Part shown: positions 13,209 through 25,631 of the stretch, piece after piece
Position numbering within the stretch: the first letter of the stretch is position 1
Layout of the letters: each line of letters starts with the position of its first letter
Assembly: GCA_965112155.1 (NCBI GenBank)
Contig: OZ218108.1
Length of the DNA stretch: 64,000 nucleotides
Reading direction: 5' to 3' (one strand)
Origin: Podarcis liolepis
Lineage: Eukaryota
Program-made: the position numbers and the translations under genes
Notes under the pieces: generated by a model
Seen by the model: only the letters and a program-made list of their open reading frames with translations
Databases searched by the model: none
What the model was told of the DNA's origin: nothing

Positions 13209-14114
13209 AATTTGTCTAAGCCTCTTTTAAAACCATCCAAATTGGCGGCCATCACTGCCTCCTGTGGGAGAAAGTTGCATAGTTTAAACTATGTTCTGCA
13301 CGAAGAAGTACTTTCTTTAATCTGCCCTGAATCTTCCAACATTCAGCTTCATCGGGTCTCCACAAGAATGAACCTATAGATGCAGCCCAAACATATATAA
13401 GTTTGCTCAAAAGTTAAGTTTTGCTGAGTTTGGCAGGACTTGCTCCCAGGTAAACGGCCAAAAGGTTACCAAGAGAAAGGTTAAAAGTAAACTTCTTGAG
13501 CTTTGTGTAGAAAATGGGTGGGAGATCTTGGGTGAAACAGAAGTCAGTGGATAGTTTACAGAAGCTTCTTCCTCCAATTCTTTTGTAGAAAGCAGGATGC
13601 TGATAATTAAAGCATGAGTCCTTGGATATGCAACTGGAACTGGCAACAAACATGTAGAATCCAAGAGAAGGCTGAAGAGTTATCAGTCTAAACAGATTTG
13701 TTTGCTCTTAGATGGAGACTTCTCATCCACTCCTCATAGATAACGACATGTTGACACCTACATTACATATATTTGTGGCTTTGTATGCACACATAGGTGT
13801 GGTATGTGGAATGCCTTCTTCGAGATCCCTTCTCACCAATTCAAATACACAAGCCCATTCATGCCCATTCAATTTTTTGGGAGGAGGCACCTCAAATATT
13901 TTATGGGGTGGCCCCGAAGAAACCTTGGCCCTTAGGAGTTGACTCCTATGTCGGTGGCCAATTGATTTATTGTCACTTGAATATTGGACTTTAGGTCTTC
14001 AGCAGTTGCAGGTTCCTACATTTTGATTGCAAGTTTGCAGATCCCATTAGTTAAGGGATCCAAGCAAACATTTACTTAATGCCCCTATTAATGTGGAACA
14101 GGCTGAAATGTTTA

Positions 14115-14356
14115 CATTGGCACCGCGGTTTTCAAACGTAATCCGTTCCAGAAGACCATTCGAGTTCTGAAACATTTGAAAACTGAAAACTCAACAGCCG
14201 ACAGCTAGGCCTCAGGATCTTGCACTCAGTGGAAGCCGTGTGGCATGTTCGACTTCCAGGGCATGTTCAAAAACCAAAGCATTTACTTCCAGGTTTACAG
14301 CAATCGTAAACCGAAATGTCCATCAACAGAGACGTTTGAAAACTGAGGTACCACTG
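14115..14356. mobile_element. Tigger/mariner-like MITE
   Basis: TA-CATTGGCACCGCGGTTTTCAAACG ... CGTTTGAAAACTGAGGTACCACTG-TA, a degenerate TIR pair. Confidence 0.75.
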
Positions 14357-16150
14357 TATAGCACTTTCAAAGTTATTCACAGTTTTGTTTATAGGGGTGA
14401 AATGCTCAAACCTTTCCAACATTCAGCTACAAGTGTCAACACTGCAATTTGCCAATAAAGCCAAAGTTAAGGATTACAAGCAATAGTTATTTTGGGTTTA
14501 CTTATAAAGCCCACCACACAGGCTTTGTGACCCACTTGCAGAACACGACCCACAGAGTAAGGAAACACTACCCTAACCTAACCTCCTGACTGGTTTTTTG
14601 GGAGTTGTATTCTACATTCTTGAGCTGATGTAATGAAGTTTGTTTGTGGTTGATTTATACTGAACCATCCACACATCTTTCTCCTTTGCTAGTTGCGCTA
14701 TGATTCTTCCCCAAGATTACCATGCTAGTGCCCTCTGGCAGGACACTGTTTTGCTACAGCGCAACAAAAGCTAGACACACAAAAAAACCCCACTTGGAAT
14801 ATTTGTGGTGGTATGGTTTTGAAATGAAGAGGTATATCCACAAAACATTTGCTGGCACAAACAGCATTGAAAGCGCATTGTGTTTAATCACCCCAATACC
14901 ATCATGAGCACAAATCATAACTGATGCACATTAGAAATGACATCTGGAGAGGCCCAGATTATTCAAAGCTAGTAGTAACGTCACAGAAATTGTGAGGGCA
15001 GTGGAAGGTGATGAGACACTTACTTCTGGTCTTCCTAAACCAGGAAAGCATGAGTTTCTGGGAATTAGAGAGAAAGCCAGATCTTCCAGGACATAGGTTA
15101 AAATGGGAGGACAACTTTTGAATCAACCTACCTGCTGGACAGCTGAAAAGCATTGGAGGAATATTGCTTCTAGTTTGGCTGGAAAGTAGGGTACTGCTAG
15201 CATCTCACTCTCCAGCTAAGCTAGTAAAGAATGGTATTGAGTATAGAGAATCCAGCTCCCCAGGCTCAATTTGTTGGCCAAATTCTGATATAGGGGGTGA
15301 GATATGGGACGGAGCACATTGCTTTGTGCATATGGGCATCATTTCAGGACACAATGCTTCTGTTGAGTCACTCTTGGCCACAATCAAACCCAAAATTATT
15401 TATTTGGAAAGCAACTCATAGTGAACCACTGATTCACGGCCATGTGAATCCTTCTGGTCATGTGGGATACCATCAAATAAAACTGCTATGAACCACTGTC
15501 ACCTAAAAAGGACATTAGCATGCCATCTAAGTGTGCTTTTCATGAATCATGAGACAATGAAACATTCCTTTCTGGCTGTCGGAACTGCCCTAGTCTACAT
15601 CTTGATGTCGAGTACAGGGCAGAAGTACTGGCAAGGATCCCTTACCCCACTTTTATAGAGCAAAATGAGAGACGGCTGTGGAATACCATCTCCAGTTCCT
15701 GTTAGATTTAGCAACACAACCACATTACAGGGTGTGAAGCAGCATCTACTGATCTGCCAAACTGCTAAACAGAAGAGAGAGCAAATCACCTAACATGGTG
15801 ATATGCATTGACTAAGCAGCTGAGACTTGCTCCGTTTGTGTGTGGAAGAGGCAGTGAGCTGGTTCTCTCCCCTAGCATTCTCCTCTCCAAGCTGGTGCCC
15901 TTCATATGTGTTGGTCTACAACTCACTTTACCCCTGGGAGAGTTGTAGGCATCATCTCTGGAGAGCACTGGGGACAGAGAAGCTGCTTTAGAGAGAAAGG
16001 TGTGTTGATTCTAGTCCATACCGTGGGAGAGCCTACGGACCCTGGAAGTGGCTCTCTAGGTTTTGTTAGTTGCTTGATATTGCCCAGGGCAGCCCAAAGT
16101 GACTTACTACCAACCAGACAGAAAGACAAAAAAAAGACCAAAAGAAAAAG

Positions 16151-16212
16151 ATGCCAGGGATTCAACCTGGAACCTTCTGCATGCAAACCAGATGCTCTAC
16201 CACTGAGCTAAG
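16151..16212 (-). mobile_element. tRNA-derived SINE head fragment
   Basis: Reverse strand reads tagctcagtggtagagcatctg...gcagaaggttccaggttgaatccctggcat (A/B boxes). A similar + strand copy lies at ~20505-20560. Confidence 0.6.
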
Positions 16213-17569
16213 AAGGCTCTTCCCTTTAGGCAGTGGTGGCTCTTCCTCAACCTTAGGCAGGAGCCTGGAATGATGAGAGAGCAACACAACAGAAAAGGTA
16301 TTGGGGGGGGTTAAAGAGAGAAAGTCTCCATCCTACCCCATAAACAGCAGGTTGAAAAATTTCTTCATTCAAAGAGGATCTGTCGGCAAATGCAAGGAGC
16401 ACGACTTGCAGGTGTGATCCTACTCCTCCATCACTGCCTAAGGATGTTTACTTAAAGACAGTGTTGTTCACCTTAAGACAAGGCAGTGGAGAATCACTTC
16501 TGTCACAATAGATGTGAAGGTGTCAGCCAATGTATGAGCTTTCCTAGTTGTACCACTTTGTGCTCGGTTCCAGCAAGCCCATGGCTTTCAAACCATTACA
16601 TTTAAAACCAAACTAAATGAATAATGGTGTCCTGCCATGAACCACTGAACTCTGCATACTATCAATATAATTAGTTCGCATTTCCATACCTAGTCCTGTG
16701 ACTGTGATTTGTTTTAACTGTGTTGTTGTTGTTGCTTACTCTGGGTTTGGAATGGTAGACACCTGACCTGGGACTTGCTGGTGAAGGGCAGGGAATTAAT
16801 GTATTCATCATTGTTAGGATTTCATAAAATGTATTTCATAAAATTTAAATGCTGCTTGATTGGAAAAGAAAAACAAAAACCTCAAAGAGGTTTACAAAAA
16901 GAATAAGAATAATAATGAAGGGGTGTCAATCATGGTCACCAAATCTTGTGCTGTTTGCACTTGAACATCTGCTACAGAACATGCAGTTGTCTTTACCTTA
17001 ACCCTTCTGGTTTTTCAACAAAATCAACCACTTGTCAGGAAGCTGTATGGCTATGTGAGCATCATCTGCCTTTACCAGGCCACTTCACACTGAAATAGGA
17101 AGAGGGCTTGTTGCTGCGTGCTTCCTTCCTCTTCAAAGCACAGGCCGCATTCAATTGCTGGGGCATCTTGCCCTTGCCCACATTGAGGTGCTTTATTTTT
17201 GGCATACTGCTTCAGTGTTGAGTGGCAACTGCTGCCCGAGTGGCTCAATGACATCACACATTTGAATTCCAAAGGGGAGTTGCCAAAATCAATCTTTGAC
17301 GTTCCCTTGCCTAGCAGATCTCAGGTTGGAAACGAACAGGGAGGGCTCCCTGTGTAGATTAAATACTGGGAGCAAGCAGGATCCAAAGTCCTACAGAGGA
17401 GGAGCAAACTGTTGGGTGCTCCAGGTATCCAAAAGATTGTTTATTCCCTAAGGACGCCCTGATTTTCAAGTGCTTTTTGATATTATTAATGCTTTTAAAA
17501 TATTTTAGATGTGTTTAATTGTAGTTTTATTTGCAACAATGACAAAAACAGAGGAATAAGAGTGGGTAA

Positions 17570-18105
17570 GCAAAATTATAAAACCAAAGCATTTGCAGAC
17601 AATAAGCATTTGCAGTCTTAACTTTGGAACAACCCTTAGAAAGTGCATTAGAGTTATTAAAGGAGATAAACGAATTTGCAAAACTGGCAGGCTTTAAAAT
17701 AAACAAAGATAAAACCAATATGTCAGTCAAGAACATGGATGATCATGTTAAAAAGAAATTAGGGGAAATTGCTAGTTGGGAAATAGAGGAAAAAATGAAG
17801 TATTTAGGAAAGTGGTTGATGGCAAATAATCATAATATCTATAAGGATAATTATATGAAGACTTGGAAAGAAATTTTAAAAGTCCTAGATATATAGGGCA
17901 GAATATAACTATTTCTAATGGGGAGAATCTGGGCGATAAAAATGAATATTCTCCTAAAAATGTTATTTCTGTTTCAAATGACCCCAACGCTTAATGATGT
18001 ATGCTGTCTTAAAGAATGGTAAAAAGTTCTGTCTAAATTTATATGGAGGGGGGAGAAATCCAGGATAAAACATCATATTCTTATTGATATAAAGGATAGA
18101 GGCTA
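17570..18105 (+). mobile_element. L1/Tx1-like LINE ORF2 remnant (frameshifted)
   Basis: YKTKAFAD...INEFAKLAGFKINKDKT...KYLG and, in another frame, LMGRIWAIKMNILLKMLFLFQ...SKFIWRG. Confidence 0.8.
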
Positions 18106-19639
18106 TAATCATTCATGAGCGATTTCAGCAGCAAAACCCAAGGAAAAATCTGTACCTGCTGGTTTGTGGTATATCTTCAGGAGAAGAAAAGGCTAATTGT
18201 AAACCCTACTCAAATCTGAAGTGGGTCCCTAAGATTGTATTGCGGAGCTGCTAATCTGCATGTTATTTTCACTGAAACATGCATTTTTATGCACTCTTTA
18301 GCCCAGGTATATGCATTTTCGCACACTTTACCTGGCTGAAGAACTACATTGCAAAATTTGGAGAGCTGAAAACTTCAAAAGATGGCTGCATTTCAGTTCA
18401 CGCATTGTTTCAAAAAGTACAAGTTTGGTAGGCTCTCCTTTTCATGTGAACTAAACTGAATTTCCCCAGCATCCCTCCTTCTAACTTCACTTCTATCGTG
18501 CTTTCCCCCCTGTTAAGTGTGCAGAACAATACAGCCTCATCAGCAACCATGGCAAGAACCTATTGAAGGCGGTGGACATGGTTGACAGGCTTAAGAGCCA
18601 TGAATCTGGGGAACAGCTGCTCTGTCCAGAATCAAGTTCCAGATGAGGAACGAGGGAGTTGAGCCAAATAGGTTGGGGGTAAGGACGGGTTGAAGAGTGT
18701 CTGAGAAGTGGAATGGCAACGTGACAACAAGCAGACTGGAAACGTCGCAGGAACCAAGCCAGCAATGGCAAAGCAGGAAGCCAGGCTCAGAAAGGTCACA
18801 TCCACACCATGCATTGCAAGCACTCTTATGCCACTTTAACAGTCACAGTGGCCTCCTGCTTTGCCAAAGGCAAAAAGGGGTTGGTTCCCCCCCCCCTTTT
18901 TTTGGAGGGATTTCTGAAGCAAATGCAGCACACAAGTAGTGAAGAAAGTCTGAAATTTATCAAGCAGCAGGCTTATCTCACAAAAGAAGAAAATAGATTA
19001 GGCAAATAACAACCCCTCCTTTCAGCTGCTGGGAGCCCCAGGGACATAGCAGCAGAGTAGACCTTCATCTAGCCAGGCTATGCAACACCTACATCAGTTT
19101 GTGCCTGCATCAAACCTTCTCTCTCTCTGGCTCAGACCCTATGGTTTTTAATACCCTTGTCCACCCCAAGTCATGAGGCTTAATTGCTTAACCAACTTCA
19201 CCCAGCTTGATCGTTAAGCTACCTTCACCTGGCTTTTTTTTGGGGGGGGGGTGGCTGGTCTCATGATTGAGGCCAGCAGGCAAGCAAAGTAATTAATCTA
19301 CAATTGTGTTATCTCTGCGCAAGGAGCATTCCTGCAAGCAATCAAGTCAGCAGGAATCACTACTGCTGAGCTTAGGAGAGTGGTGAAGCCCTGCTTTATT
19401 AAGGGTTAATTGCACAAGGCCACCTACGCCTCCTTGGGTTAACCGTTTATTTTCCACTACACCTCCTTGCAACTCCCAGCACACTTAATGAATTACAGTT
19501 CCCAGGTTTCTTTGGGGGAAGCCATGACCCTTAAAGTGGCATGAGATCATAAGACAAGCCAGCTGGATCAGGCCGAGGACCCATCTTGTCCAGCATCCTG
19601 TTCTCAAAGCAGCTAACTAGATGCCAGTGTGGAAACCTG

Positions 19640-20092
19640 TGTGGGGTTCATACAGAGCCCCCGGTCAGCTCACGGACTATTGACCCATACACCACTAATC
19701 CGCTGCCACCAACCAGGTCCTCCCCCAGTAAATCACTTAGTCTGTGTCAGGTTCTTAAATTAACAAAGAAGAGTGCAGTTTACTGCAAACACAAATAAAC
19801 TTTAACTGCATCCAAAAGATTGTTACTCTTTACCTTCTTAGTCTTATTTTATCCTGTCTCTAACTCTTCTACCTCCCCTCACACAAGAACCAACTGCCTC
19901 TCTATTTCCAACTGTCTGCCAACTGCTTTTCCAATTGCCTTTCCCAACCAACTAAAACCAACCAACCCAAACCTCGGGCTAAGCCCTTTTATAAACAGGT
20001 AGGCTCCGCCTTTGGCTTTTCTATTGGTCTACCTATTAACTCTTTCTCCGCCCCTGTACAGACATTTTTTAAAAGAACAGGCAAACGCCACA
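19640..20092 (-). mobile_element. Solo LTR (453 bp)
   Basis: TGTGGGGTT...AACGCCACA termini (8/9 inverted match); 4-bp TSD CCTG; minus-strand GC box, CCAAT and TATAAAA in promoter order; splits an older repeat. Confidence 0.75.
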
Positions 20093-21491
20093 CCTGCAAG
20101 CAGGATTTGATCACAAGAATGCTCTTCCCTCCTGTGGCAGTCATGTTGCACCCCGGGAGCTACCGGAGGGGTGACAAGTGAGGGTGCAGGCCTGATAAAG
20201 TGAATGTGAAAAGAGGCTTGCAATGCAATACACAAAGCCATTGGAAATCTGAAGCCAGTGGGCTCAAGATTGCTCTCTTACAGGATAGCTAGTTTAAGTG
20301 CTTTGTAGGCAGTACTTCCCTCCAGAGTCTACCCCTTTCCCTGATGAAATGTGAGGCTGAAAGTATGAAAGAACTGCAAAAAAAGAACTGCCAGCAATGT
20401 CAGATCATTCAATCCTTAACTCTTGATTAGTTATTGGGTGGTTGTGCAGCTGGGATACCTGATCAGGACACCTGAGTTCAGAAACAATAGCCAAACAATT
20501 CCAGGGAGCGGTTGTGGCTCAGTGGCAGAGCATCTGCAAAAGGTTCGACTCCTGGAATCCGCAAGTAATATTAGGAGAGTTCCCTGTGTGAAATTCTTGA
20601 GAGCTGCTGCCAGTCAGTATAGAGATACAGACTACCTGGACCTTTGGACTCCTCCCAGGCCACAAACCCCTTCCCATGTCCTCACCAGCCCTGCTCCTTG
20701 CCCTTTTGCCAGACTGGGAGTGTCCTTCAGCTACGACAATGCCTCTGGCTTGCCTGGGTGGAGAGAGCAGTATGTAAACTTCTGACTTTTGCATGGCTGA
20801 ATGCATGTCCTACTGTCCGCAGGTAAAACAACTACATCCGATGCTCTGCCTACTGTTGCCACTGCTTCCACCCACTGCCCGCATGTGGGCTCCAGAAGAT
20901 TGCCTATGAGAGTCAATGTGTCCCTCTGGCTGAAAAAGTTTCCTGTGCCCTCTGCAGTTGGCAAGGTTTGTCTCCAGTTATGGAGGCTGGGATTTGGTGG
21001 GGAGACAAGGTGTTCTTCTTTCCCCAGCAGGACTCAGCTTGTCCCCATAGGTGTTGTCTTGCCTCCAGGGAAGGCTCAAAGGTAGGTGGGAACTGGGCTA
21101 GCCTGGAGACAGCCTATGTTCTGCAGTGGCTGGGCCTGTCCCTACATGACATCAGGTATGATGGTATGAAGAAGTACCTGGATTCAGATGATTTCTGTAT
21201 TTCCAGTCATTAAACTCATGTAAATGTACACTGATTGCTCTCTCTTCCCTCCAAATAACCTCTATGCTTTTCAGTTACAGAGAGCAAAAAACTGGTTTCT
21301 CTCAATCTTCTCAATTCAGCCAATCTACTCTCATCCAATAGTAAACCATTCCCATGGTTAGGATGCCACCCTCTATCTCCAGTACAGAACAACAATCCCC
21401 CGTGTTGCAAACTTAACACAACAAACAATACAAGCAACACAAAGACCAGTTTACTAGATAGCACTGCAATTCTTATTGCATTACATGATTT

Positions 21492-21733
21492 AGTACAACA
21501 AAAACAAAATGTGTACACTTGTGAATTCTCTAACATATTTGAAAGCGAATGAACACACGTCTGTCAATCTTTGAAAGTCCGTAGAAGTATAATAAGTCTA
21601 TGGCTGAAACAAAGTAATAGATGCTATCCTGTGGGCAAAAGTCTACGGACTTTCAAAGATTGACAGATGTGTGTTCATTCGCTTTCAAATATATTAGAGA
21701 ATTCACAGGTGTACACATTTTGTTTTTGCTGTA
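21492..21733. mobile_element. Foldback/MITE-like element with ~92-bp inverted arms
   Basis: 21492-21584 is the near-perfect reverse complement of 21642-21733; the right terminus is duplicated beyond the SINE at 22075-22089. Confidence 0.8.
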
Positions 21734-22073
21734 AAGGTAAAGGGACCAGGTCCACTCGTGACCGACTCTGGGGTTGTGGCGCTCATCTCGCTTTATTGGC
21801 CGAGGGAGCCGGCGTACAGCTTCCGGGTCATGTGGCCAGCATGACTAAGCCGCCTCTGGCGAACCAGAGTAACGCATGGAAACTCCATTTACCTTCCCAC
21901 CAGAGCGGTACCTATTTATCTACTTGTACTTTGATGTGCTTTCAAACTGATAGGTTGGCAGGAGCAGGGACCAAGCAACGGGAGCTCACCCCATCACGGG
22001 GATTCGAACTGCTGACCTCCTGATCGGCATGTCCTAGGCTCTGTGATTTAACCAACAGCGCCACCCGCGTCCC
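21733..22073 (-). mobile_element. Sauria SINE (Squam1)
   Basis: Reverse complement of the 2895-3277 element; ~13-bp TSD tgtttttg(c/t)tgta. Confidence 0.9.
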
Positions 22074-22624
22074 ATGTTTTTGTTGTACTTACCCTCTATC
22101 TCCAGGGCAGAAACAAAGTAAACACATAAGCACAACATGTGAAAAATTACCATTTTACTGGCCCAAGATCAACTCATTTGCCCTATGGAGGAAGAGATAT
22201 GAGAATACAGCTCCATAAGAACTCTCAAAATATAATTTATGATGTTAGTGTGTTGTCCTTCCCACAAGGAATTCAGGGTAGCAATACAGGAAGCTCTCAC
22301 GTTTTATCCTCACAACGACCCTGTGAGGCACAACAACTGGGCTAAGGTTGAAAAACTTACGTTGGAAAGATTTAAAATTGACAGTGCAACTCAGTGAAAC
22401 AATCCCCTTGAGTTCAGTGGATTTTATTCCAAGCTAAGTGGGTATAGAATAGAAGGTGAAATTATTGAATTGAATCTCCTTCATTTCCTCTTTGCAACTT
22501 CCTCAGGGGAGCCACCGGTCTTGTGCAATTCTATATACATGTACTCAGAAGTATTTCCCACTGAGTTCTGTAATACTTGCTCCCATGTAAAGCAGTATAG
22601 AATTAGAATTTTATTCCTATAGAC

Positions 22625-22760
22625 CAGGCATGGCCAAACATGGCCCTCCAGATGTTTTGGGACTACAGTTCCCATCATCCCTGACCACTGGTCCTGTTAG
22701 CTAGAGATGATGGGAGTTGTAGTCCCAAAACACCTGGAGGGCCAAGTTTGTCCATGCCTG
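22625..22760. mobile_element. hAT-type palindromic MITE (136 bp)
   Basis: CAGGCATGG...CCATGCCTG; almost wholly self-complementary; perfect 8-bp TSD CTATAGAC. Confidence 0.9.
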
Positions 22761-23211
22761 CTATAGACTATAACATTTTTCATAATTCCTGATCATTGGT
22801 CATATTGGCTGGGGCTCAAGTGGGTGCAGAATAGCAAGGCAGCTTCAGAAACAGGATTGAGAAAGTAAAGGGGAGCACATGGTGGAACTGAGAAGATTCA
22901 TGTAAGGGACCATCACTGATCAGTTTGATTAAAAAAACTAAAATGTTACTTGCAACCAGGGAAGGATCCTCCCAGTTTCTCATATTTCCAGTCTTTTAAG
23001 TTCAGTTTTCCAGATTTCCATATCAGTTTGTGGTTTATTTGTTTTTTTAAGAGAGTCCTCATAAAAATTTATCAGTACCTTAGTACAAGTTTATTCTCAT
23101 ATGCACATTTTGGCAAAGCAGCTTTCCCCAAGAGAATGTATTTTCCCCAATAGATGCATTAATATGCTACTCTAACATGTTCGTTTTCGCATACAACACT
23201 TGACCGGAGTA

Positions 23212-23437
23212 CAGTGGTACCTCAGGTCAAGTACTTAATTCATTCTGGAGGTCCGTTCTTAACCTGAAACTGTTCTTAACCTGAAGCACCACTTTAACTA
23301 ATGGGGCCTCCTGCTGCCGCTGCACTGGCAGAGCACGATTTCTGTTCTCATCCTGAAGCAAAGTTCTTAACCCGAGGTACTATTTCTGGGTTAGCAGAGT
23401 CTGTAACCTGAAGTGTCTATAACCCAAGGTACCACTG
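23212..23437. mobile_element. Tigger/mariner-like MITE nested in an older repeat
   Basis: TA-CAGTGGTACCT...AGGTACCACTG-TA; the flanks resemble the repeat at ~18290-18470. Confidence 0.85.
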
Positions 23438-23808
23438 TACTGCATTGCAAAATTTGGAGAAGTACAAATTTTGAAGGATGGGTGTGTTTTGGTTCACATG
23501 TTGTTAGGTAAGTTTGCTTTAAATGAGAACTGAAACAAATTTCTCCCTATCCCTATTTGCAACTAAAATGGTTTGGAAAGATACTTCTTTTGCGTACAAA
23601 GCCCCCAAAGTATGGCAAAAGAATCTTTGAGAAACACGGACTCAACAGTTTTTATTATGAAGCATGCTAAGATTTTCTGAATTGTCAATTTATTTAAGTG
23701 TGCGGTTTATATATTTGTTACAGCTAATGATATTGACAACTAGAAATACTGACTGTTTTCTGGATTGCATCTTCAGCCTGAATATCTTCTGTTAGTAATG
23801 TTGATATT

Positions 23809-24139
23809 CAGTGCCAGAATTACATGTAAGCTAAACAAGCTATAACTTAGGGCCCCACTCTTTTGGGGGGCCCCAAAAAATTCAAAGAGGAAAAAACTAG
23901 ATGTACATTTCCAAAATATAAGATAAAAAACAAATAAAATAAAACCTACATACAACAAGTGCTGTATGTCGGTTTTTATTGTGTTGTGTATGGACCTATT
24001 GGGTGCATAAATTACCATATAGCATATATTCAACACAAAAAACAGTGACAATTTGTTGTTGACAAAGCACAGGTGGATATATAAAGGGCACCATTACCTT
24101 CAGTAGCTTAGGGCCTCATAAAACCTAAATCCGGCCCTG
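23809..24139. mobile_element. Degenerate hAT-type MITE
   Basis: CAGTGCCAGAATTA / TAAATCCGGCCCTG termini; 6/8 TSD match (ttgatatt / ctgttatt). Confidence 0.6.
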
Positions 24140-24305
24140 CTGTTATTTGAAAGGCAGAGAAACACCAGCTGTTTGCAATTTTTAAAGGATTCTGTAATAA
24201 GGGTGAGACACTGAAATTGAACCCATCTGAAATCAATTTAATAAATTTGCACGTGTAAGGTCACAGGTTGGTGTAAGATCACTTTTCGTTTTCAGAGTAA
24301 AACTA

Positions 24306-24720
24306 CAGTGGTACCTCGCAAGACGAATGCCTCGCAAGACAAAAAACTCGCTAGACGAAAGGTTTTTCCGTTTTCGATTTGCCTCGCAAGACGAATTTCC
24401 CCTATGGGCTTGCTTCGCAAGACGAAAACGTCTCACGACTTTGTTTTCTTTGTCTAAAAACAAAGACATGTTTTGTTTATAAAGTTAATTTATTTTCCCT
24501 TCAATTTTTGAACTGCTCTTTACAGTATGTGTGACTTTAAAGAGCAGTTAATAAACTGTTGTTGTACCAAATTTGGTTTTATTTGGACTTTTTTGACCAT
24601 AGGAACGCATTAATTGATTTTCAATGCATTCCTATGGGATTTTGTGCTTCGCAAGACGAAAAATTCGCTAGACGACAAAAATTGCGGAACGAATTAATTT
24701 CGTCTTGCGGGGCACCACTG
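24306..24720. mobile_element. Tigger/mariner-like MITE with subterminal CGCAAGACGAA repeats
   Basis: TA-CAGTGGTACCTCGCAAGACGAA ... TTCGTCTTGCGGGGCACCACTG-TA. Confidence 0.88.
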
Positions 24721-25374
24721 TAGAGTTATTCATGTGTCTGAGTTTTAATTGTTTCTCACAAACACAGTTCAAAGCACACACACACAATTCATGAGGTATG
24801 TCAGTAGTAATTTTTAGAATATTAATGACTAGTTTCCTTTGCTATTCATAGATTTGTTTTCCAAGTAAAAGGGGGTTGAGAGTGTGAAGTAGCTACTTCA
24901 ATTTTTCCACCAGGATTTCCTTGAGCAGGTAGAGGATTGCCCTTCTTGTTCTTATCTAGGTAAGTTTTGTCTTTGTTCCATTATTTTAAGTCTATTGCTA
25001 TGGCCACTTGTGCTCCTGGACTAACCACTTCCATGTGGCCCCCAGAAGATTACCCACAAGGGAATATGGACCTCTGACTGAAAAAATGTCCCCTGTCCCA
25101 ATGCAGAGGAACCATTTCAGAACAGAAACAAGAAAATCCAGAATTTTCAGCTCGCTGTTTATCTGTGTTCCTTAGGTGATACAGACATGGAAACAAGGCA
25201 GACACACCCCTGCCTTGGCCTGCACCAACTGATACAGTGTTTGGGTGGCTTGTGGCTGTCATCACATTAGTTTTCTGTGTGGTGGTGTTTCCATAGGTTC
25301 TGAGGGTGTGTTTGTGTGTCATTTCCACATCATCTGCAGATTCTGCATGGGGTTTCTTTTTTCCCACCTGGGCT

Positions 25375-25631
25375 GAGAGAGCCAGTGTGGTGTAGTGGTT
25401 AGGAGCAGTGGACTCGTAATCTGGGGAACCGGGTTCGTGTCTCCGCTCCTCCACATGCAGCTGCTGGGTGACCTTGGGCCAGTCACACTTCTGTGAAGTC
25501 TCTCAGCCCCACTCACCTCACAGAGTGTTTGTTGTGGGGGAGGAAGGGAAAGGAGAATGTTAGCCGCTTTGAGACTCCTTAAAGGGAGTGAAAGGCAGGA
25601 TATCAAATCCAAACTCTTCTTCTTCTTCTTC
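25375..25631 (+). mobile_element. tRNA-derived SINE of Squam3 type with L2-like 3' part and (CTT)n tail
   Basis: gccagtgtggtgtagtggttag (A box), gggttcg (B box), gggtgaccttgggccagtcac core, tail cttcttcttcttc. Confidence 0.85.

Noticed and set aside
7379-15064. Scattered TTCnnnGAA motifs (7379, 9674, 15056) as distal STAT enhancers
   Set aside because: Frequency is compatible with chance, one lies in a CR1 fragment, and no conservation data are available.
16151-16212. tRNA-like sequences (also ~20505, 25377, 2895, 38195)
   Set aside because: SINE heads without a complete cloverleaf; not tRNA genes.
18500-18800. Purine-rich segment resembling retroelement sequence (similar texture at ~8560-8700)
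   Set aside because: No termini or TSD could be delimited, so not called.
24306-24720. Regularly spaced CGCAAGACGAA repeats, superficially CRISPR-like
   Set aside because: Eukaryotic context; 11-bp subterminal repeats inside a TIR/TA-bounded MITE; no cas genes.
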